Shown in pieces: positions 62,262 through 64,000 of a DNA stretch of 64,000 nt (positions within the stretch are counted from its first letter, which is position 1; each line of letters opens with the position of its first letter). Location of the stretch: the IMG/VR virus record IMGVR_UViG_3300021181_000008, positions 1-64,000 of that record. One strand, given 5' to 3'. Source of the DNA: a virus. The notes beneath the pieces were generated by a model. It had not been told where the DNA came from. It was given only the letters and a program-made list of their open reading frames with translations, and searched no databases. A program made the translations under genes and the position numbers.

Positions 62262-63503
62262 TTAGGCAGGGAAACCGCGCATTCCCCTGACCAGCTCCTC
62301 GGCGGTGGCCCCGCGCTCGACGATGATGCGTTCAACTGTCTTGCGCTCATTGTTGAGCAGCTCGTACGACGTCTGGAGGTAACTGTGCTCCTCGGTCAGG
62401 GCCTCCTGGGAAGACGCGGCCTCGGTGCCGTACAGCGTGGGCGTGACGTAGTGGATCCGGTCGGTGAGCTTGCCGAGGTGGAGCTGGATGGCGTCCTGGA
62501 CCCCGGTGAGGAACCACGAGTAGACGGCTAGCGTCTTGTTGTCGTGCCGGGCGATCTCCGGGTAGCGAGCGGCCAGCGTGCCGTAGGTCGGGTCGGTGCC
62601 GACGCCATCGCGCAGCTCCTCCACCGTGCCGAAGACGGGCGCGTCGAGCAGCCACATGCGGGAGAACTTGCGCAGCCGTGCTGCGGTCTGGTCGTCCACC
62701 GGGCTGTCCGGGGCGAGGCCGACCACCTTGACGTACTGGCTGCGGAAGCCCTTCTGCCCGATGACCACGCGGCCGGTGCCCTCAACGCCGATCGTGACGT
62801 TGATCGAGCCCATGCCACCGTCGCCGCCGTGCTTCTGCGCCTCCTCGGGAGCCCAGTACGCCCACCAGCCGCAGCCGCAGCCGTTGTCGGCGGGAACTTC
62901 CTCGGGCGGGTGCTTGGTGCCGCCTGCGTGGCAGCTAGCCTTGCGCCGGCCGTCCGACGCCATCGCGTGGTCGAGGAAGTTCTTGCCGTAGCTGCCCTTG
63001 AGCACCTGGTCGGGCTCGTCCGCCATGTTCGGCGGCAAGATGGACCACTTGCGGAAGCCCTTGATCTGGCCGATGGCCATGTCCCAGTCTTCCGGCGCGG
63101 CCTCCTCGGAGAAGCCCCGCATGCCCGAGGTGGTGATGTTGCTCGGGGTCTTCTTCTGCTTCCGCTCCTCCTCTTCCTTGGCGCGGGCGGCGAACAGGCC
63201 CTTGTAGTACTCGTCGGCGGTGGACGCCACGGAGTTCGTCGCCGTCTCGTTCAGCGCCATCCGGGTCCAGCCGGCGCACATCGCCCGGATGAACAGCTCC
63301 GGGTCGATCTGGGCGGCCACCCGGTCGCGGCAGGTCATGGCAGAGCTGATGGAAGCCAGCTTGTCGAACGCCTGCTTGCCGTCCTCGTTGTAGGTCAGGT
63401 ATCCGATGACGCCGGAACGCTCTAGTACCTCAGTGATGGGCTGGGGTAGCGTGCCGTAGCCGTCGCCGCCGAGGTACGACGGCACCATCGGGAACTCGCT
63501 CAT
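62262..63503 (-). CDS. Protein with GFRxW / C..HxP..CGCGxW / GxVVxGxxGFRS domain
   Basis: Motifs read from the translation; GAGGAGG RBS; TGATG coupling. Confidence 0.7.
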   Translation of the reverse strand: MSEFPMVPSYLGGDGYGTLPQPITEVLERSGVIGYLTYNEDGKQAFDKLASISSAMTCRDRVAAQIDPELFIRAMCAGWTRMALNETATNSVASTADEYYKGLFAARAKEEEERKQKKTPSNITTSGMRGFSEEAAPEDWDMAIGQIKGFRKWSILPPNMADEPDQVLKGSYGKNFLDHAMASDGRRKASCHAGGTKHPPEEVPADNGCGCGWWAYWAPEEAQKHGGDGGMGSINVTIGVEGTGRVVIGQKGFRSQYVKVVGLAPDSPVDDQTAARLRKFSRMWLLDAPVFGTVEELRDGVGTDPTYGTLAARYPEIARHDNKTLAVYSWFLTGVQDAIQLHLGKLTDRIHYVTPTLYGTEAASSQEALTEEHSYLQTSYELLNNERKTVERIIVERGATAEELVRGMRGFPA

Positions 63504-63640
63504 CAATCCTCCTCAAGTGCTTCGATGCGGCAGACGAGGACGCCCATTGGTACTTCGAACATCCCTCCGGGGAGGAACTCGACGTCCAATGAGCGCCGCT
63601 CGCCTGTGTCTAGCGTCAGACCGTGCACGCGAATCTTCAC
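63503..63640 (-). CDS. 45-aa hypothetical protein (MKIRVHGLTL...)
   Basis: GTGA and TGATG overlaps on both sides; not in the ORF track. Confidence 0.55.
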   Translation of the reverse strand: MKIRVHGLTLDTGERRSLDVEFLPGGMFEVPMGVLVCRIEALEED

Positions 63641-63759
63641 GCAGGCACGGACTCCGGAACGACTTCCGGCGCGGGCTCCGGCGACGGCTCCTGAATCGGC
63701 ATCGTCTCGGGCATGGGCTCAAGCACGCGCTTGGTGTGTTCCTTGCCGATGTCTCCCAT
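63637..63759 (-). CDS. 40-aa Pro/Glu-rich peptide MGDIGKEHTKRVLEPMPETMPIQEPSPEPAPEVVPESVPA
   Basis: GAGGAGGT RBS; not in the ORF track. Confidence 0.7.
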   Translation of the reverse strand: MGDIGKEHTKRVLEPMPETMPIQEPSPEPAPEVVPESVPA

Positions 63760-63787
63760 TTGGGTACCTCCTCTCGTTCCTTACAGA

Positions 63788-64000
63788 CTAGTCGGTGAGT
63801 GTCTTGAGGAAGCTAACGGCGGTGTTCAGGGCGTCGGCCGCGCCGTTGAAAGCCTCGACCGCCGTGACGACGCGCGGGTCCGGCGTCGGGTACTCGTCGG
63901 CGTCGTCATCGTCGGGCTCGGCCGCGTAGGCACCGACGCCGACGAAGTTGTCCTCGGGCGCGGCGTACTCCGGCACCGGCTCGGGCTCGACCAGCTCGCG
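63788..64000 (-). CDS. Acidic hypothetical protein (5' end lies beyond the window)
   Basis: Frame is open to the window edge. Confidence 0.55.
   Translation of the reverse strand, partial: RELVEPEPVPEYAAPEDNFVGVGAYAAEPDDDDADEYPTPDPRVVTAVEAFNGAADALNTAVSFLKTLTD

Noticed and set aside
1-64000. Prophage boundary, integrase or host genes
   Set aside because: No recombinase, att-like duplication or host housekeeping synteny was recognised; the sugar enzymes are translationally coupled within phage operons

Overview
A 64-kb segment of a large, GC-rich tailed phage genome (HK97-type head, long non-contractile tail), most likely infecting an actinobacterium. Positions 1-1030 are a non-coding, compositionally segmented region: dense palindromes, five 19-bp palindromic repeats, a G-poor CCA tract and an AT-rich palindrome. 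Next comes an unusual 77-nt RNA matching the tRNA-like domain of tmRNA with no mRNA-like domain, preceded by a second structured RNA. Most genes are on the + strand. They include nucleotide-pool enzymes, small and large terminase, a C5 DNA methyltransferase, RNA ligase plus PNKP, portal, protease and capsid. These are followed by a glycosyltransferase/NDP-sugar/methyltransferase cluster, many Ser/Thr/Ala/Gly-rich virion proteins, and a tail module with two truncated tail-tube paralogs, tape measure and a 2182-aa Dit-like protein. At the right end a convergent - strand arm carries tRNA-Gly, -Cys and -Asn, membrane proteins, and a Pro/Glu peptide operon with a Cys/His-motif protein. No integrase, CRISPR array or canonical endolysin was recognised. 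All product calls come from motifs read by eye; no database searches were run.
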